A stretch of 24,398 nucleotides of DNA, taken from a virus. The notes beneath the pieces were generated by a model that was not told where the DNA came from, did no database searches, and worked only from the letters and a program-made list of their open reading frames with translations. Positions 22,956 through 24,398 of the stretch are shown here, one piece after another. The translations under genes were made by a program, and so were the position numbers. The stretch's first letter is position 1; each line of letters starts with the position of its first letter. The stretch covers positions 1 to 24,398 of IMG/VR virus record IMGVR_UViG_3300012979_000023; one strand, given 5' to 3'.

Positions 22956-23594
22956 TTACTTAATGTCGGCATAACTTTCCGCCACAAAATATAATGTCTT
23001 TGTCGGCACTGGAATTTCTTTGCCGTCCTCGGTATAATGAATAGCATAATATTCATCATAAGAAATTATTCCTTCCTCCTGGAATAATTTAAGTGTTTCA
23101 GTAATCATAGCACTAATTGCTTTATTGTCTCGTGAATATCCAAGACGTTCGGCAATTTCATAATTGCGGAATACATATAGTTCGTGATTTTGTTTTTTCC
23201 ACATAAACCAGTCCAATAGGATGGTATAAATTCTTAACATTTGCTTTTGGCGGAATGTCGTTAATTTTAATATCATATCTCTGTCAATTAATTTATACTT
23301 ATCTTCTGGATTTTGCGGAAAAACGTAATTATTACCTTCTTCTGCGATTAAGCCTTTTTCAATTAATTTATCCATATGCCGTTTTAATTGGGCTCGTCCG
23401 CTGAAATCACAAGTAGCGTAAATTGTAGGACGCAGTTGTGCGTAGTTCCTTTTAGATAGATATAATTTATCCCCATCATAAGTCGCATAATAATACAATA
23501 AACCGTATAATAAATCATTAGTTTCATAATTCATAAAATTCGCCTCCAATGATATACGACGCTGATAGGGTTTAATAGTAGTTAATTGTGCCAT
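22956..23594 (-). CDS. Putative replication initiator / replisome-organizer-like protein with two winged-helix-like segments (212 aa)
   Basis: 'RAQLKRHMDKLIEKGLIAEEGNNYVF' and 'YEIAERLGYSRDNKAISAMITETLKLFQEEGIISY' look like two wHTH units. It is the first gene after the strongest promoter and is adjacent to the iterons. Family unverified. Confidence 0.5.
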   Translation of the reverse strand: MAQLTTIKPYQRRISLEANFMNYETNDLLYGLLYYYATYDGDKLYLSKRNYAQLRPTIYATCDFSGRAQLKRHMDKLIEKGLIAEEGNNYVFPQNPEDKYKLIDRDMILKLTTFRQKQMLRIYTILLDWFMWKKQNHELYVFRNYEIAERLGYSRDNKAISAMITETLKLFQEEGIISYDEYYAIHYTEDGKEIPVPTKTLYFVAESYADIK

Positions 23595-23648
23595 TTTAAA
23601 TCTTCTCGCTTCCTGTTAAAATAATAATAAATAGTTAAAATAAGGAGA

Positions 23649-23745
23649 CCCCATTAAATAGATACAATAGGCTTTTCAAAAAAAATACAGAGAGAAAAGG
23701 AATGAATTATGGCAAATGCCGTGCCTTGTATCTATATTAATGGGG
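23649..23745. repeat. Long imperfect inverted repeat (24- and 23-nt arms, 50-nt spacer) in the leader of the Rep-like gene
   Basis: Plus strand 'ccccattaaatagatacaataggc' (23649-23672) against 'gccttgtatctatattaatgggg' (23723-23745). They pair over about 21 positions with small bulges. Confidence 0.8.
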
Positions 23746-23834
23746 TTTAGTAAAGGAGAAACCCAACTACGAGTTGGATTTATGCGAAGTGATTTGACCA
23801 CGACCCGTAAAATGGTCTTTCACTTTCTATATAT

Positions 23835-23863
23835 ATTATACCATTTTTTTTCTGTGAGGTCAA
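23835..23863 (-). promoter_or_regulatory. Near-consensus sigma-70/SigA promoter with extended -10 (candidate early/main promoter)
   Basis: Minus strand: TTGACC (23863-23858), a 17-nt spacer, then TGgTATAAT (-10 at 23840-23835). The -35 overlaps the TGA stop of the HNH gene. Confidence 0.8.
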
Positions 23864-24398
23864 ATTTGTGCCTCTTTTGGGTCAGGCTCTTCCGCAAGCG
23901 TGAAATAACCAATTTTAAATGGACTTCGTGCTCGGTGAATATTAGATGAAATCTGGGCTTTGGATAAACCTGTAATTTCGTGTGCCTCATTAATACTACT
24001 GAACTCTTGGATAATTTCCCCTGTTTCAGTATCTCTTAACACTATTGGAGTAGAAGCCCATTTAATAGTAAAATTATATCCGTAAGGACGAATGTTATTA
24101 CGATTTTCCTGTTTAGTGGCAAACCGCAAATTCTTATAATAATTATTATAATGACATCTATCAATATGGTCTATATAAATTCTACCTGCTTCTTCATCAT
24201 AGCCTTCGCAAAAATGTTTTGCGACAACACGATGAATTTTATAAAAACGCTTCTTTTTTCCGAAATTAATTGTGGCATATCCTTCTTTATCGTAATAAAG
24301 GGCACGGATACAACCTGTTTCAATATTACGAATACGACCAAAATTTGAAACTTCATAAGTTGGTTCTTCTGTAAATTGCTTCCAAATTTCTTCTTCGC
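23860..24398 (-). CDS. HNH homing endonuclease, C-terminal part (HNH_3 core plus NUMOD1/IENR1-like HTH). 24276-24398 duplicates the part already listed at 1-123
   Basis: The frame is open from the window edge: '...EGYATINFGKKKRFYKIHRVVAKHFCEGYDEEAGRIYIDHIDRCHYNNYYKNLRFATKQENRNN...IQEFSSINEAHEITGLSKAQISSNIH...'. 'HR..DHID..NN..NLR..T..EN' is the HNH_3 signature. The track's 89-aa ORF (TTG start) is only its tail. Confidence 0.85.
   Translation of the reverse strand, partial: EEEIWKQFTEEPTYEVSNFGRIRNIETGCIRALYYDKEGYATINFGKKKRFYKIHRVVAKHFCEGYDEEAGRIYIDHIDRCHYNNYYKNLRFATKQENRNNIRPYGYNFTIKWASTPIVLRDTETGEIIQEFSSINEAHEITGLSKAQISSNIHRARSPFKIGYFTLAEEPDPKEAQI
24276..24398. repeat. Terminal direct repeat, copy B (identical to 1..123)
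   Basis: See copy A; exact 123-nt identity. Confidence 0.95.

Noticed and set aside
24151-24356. 65-aa plus-strand and 61-aa minus-strand ORFs at the window end, and the 77-aa plus-strand ORF 23716-23949
   Set aside because: They overlap the HNH endonuclease reading frame or its promoter/leader out of frame. They have hydrophobic junk-like translations and lack RBSs.

Overview
The window is one complete, circularly closed phage genome. Bases 1-123 are identical to 24276-24398, so the unique sequence is 24,275 bp. It is AT-rich (about one-third GC by eye), uses strong AGGAGG-type ribosome-binding sites and the standard genetic code (Firmicutes style). All 30 credible genes lie on the minus strand, giving a single transcription direction around the circle. 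In the direction of transcription (high to low coordinates) the order is as follows. (1) A near-consensus promoter (23835-23863), a long structured leader, a two-winged-helix Rep-like protein, then an iteron/palindrome region. (2) Packaging and head: a small protein, terS, a 78-aa ORF, PBSX-type terL and an SPP1-type portal. Then comes a self-contained promoter + 86-aa ORF + terminator unit (moron-like), a small membrane protein, a Mu-F/gp7-like minor head protein, scaffold, and major capsid protein with a strong terminator. (3) Neck: connector and head-closure proteins. An inserted fibre cassette follows: an Ig-like protein, a collagen-like protein, a DUF285/BspA-like LRR protein, a second collagen-like protein, a second small head-domain protein, and a TM/coiled-coil protein. 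(4) Tail: gp10-like protein, tail completion protein, TP901-1-type major tail protein and two short chaperone-position ORFs. Next is a 2,844-aa ORF (35% of the genome) whose N-terminus looks like a distal tail protein (Dit), a separate ORF encoding the Dit C-terminal domain, and a Tal-like tail-tip protein. (5) A small HTH protein and an HNH homing endonuclease that spans the contig junction. I saw no tRNA, rRNA, CRISPR array, integrase, DNA polymerase, recognisable tape-measure protein or endolysin. The most unusual content is the giant Dit-fused adhesin with its split Dit, the apparent lack of a tape measure and a lysin, and the duplicated collagen-stalk/head-domain cassette in the neck module. 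All family assignments come from motif recognition by eye, not from database searches.
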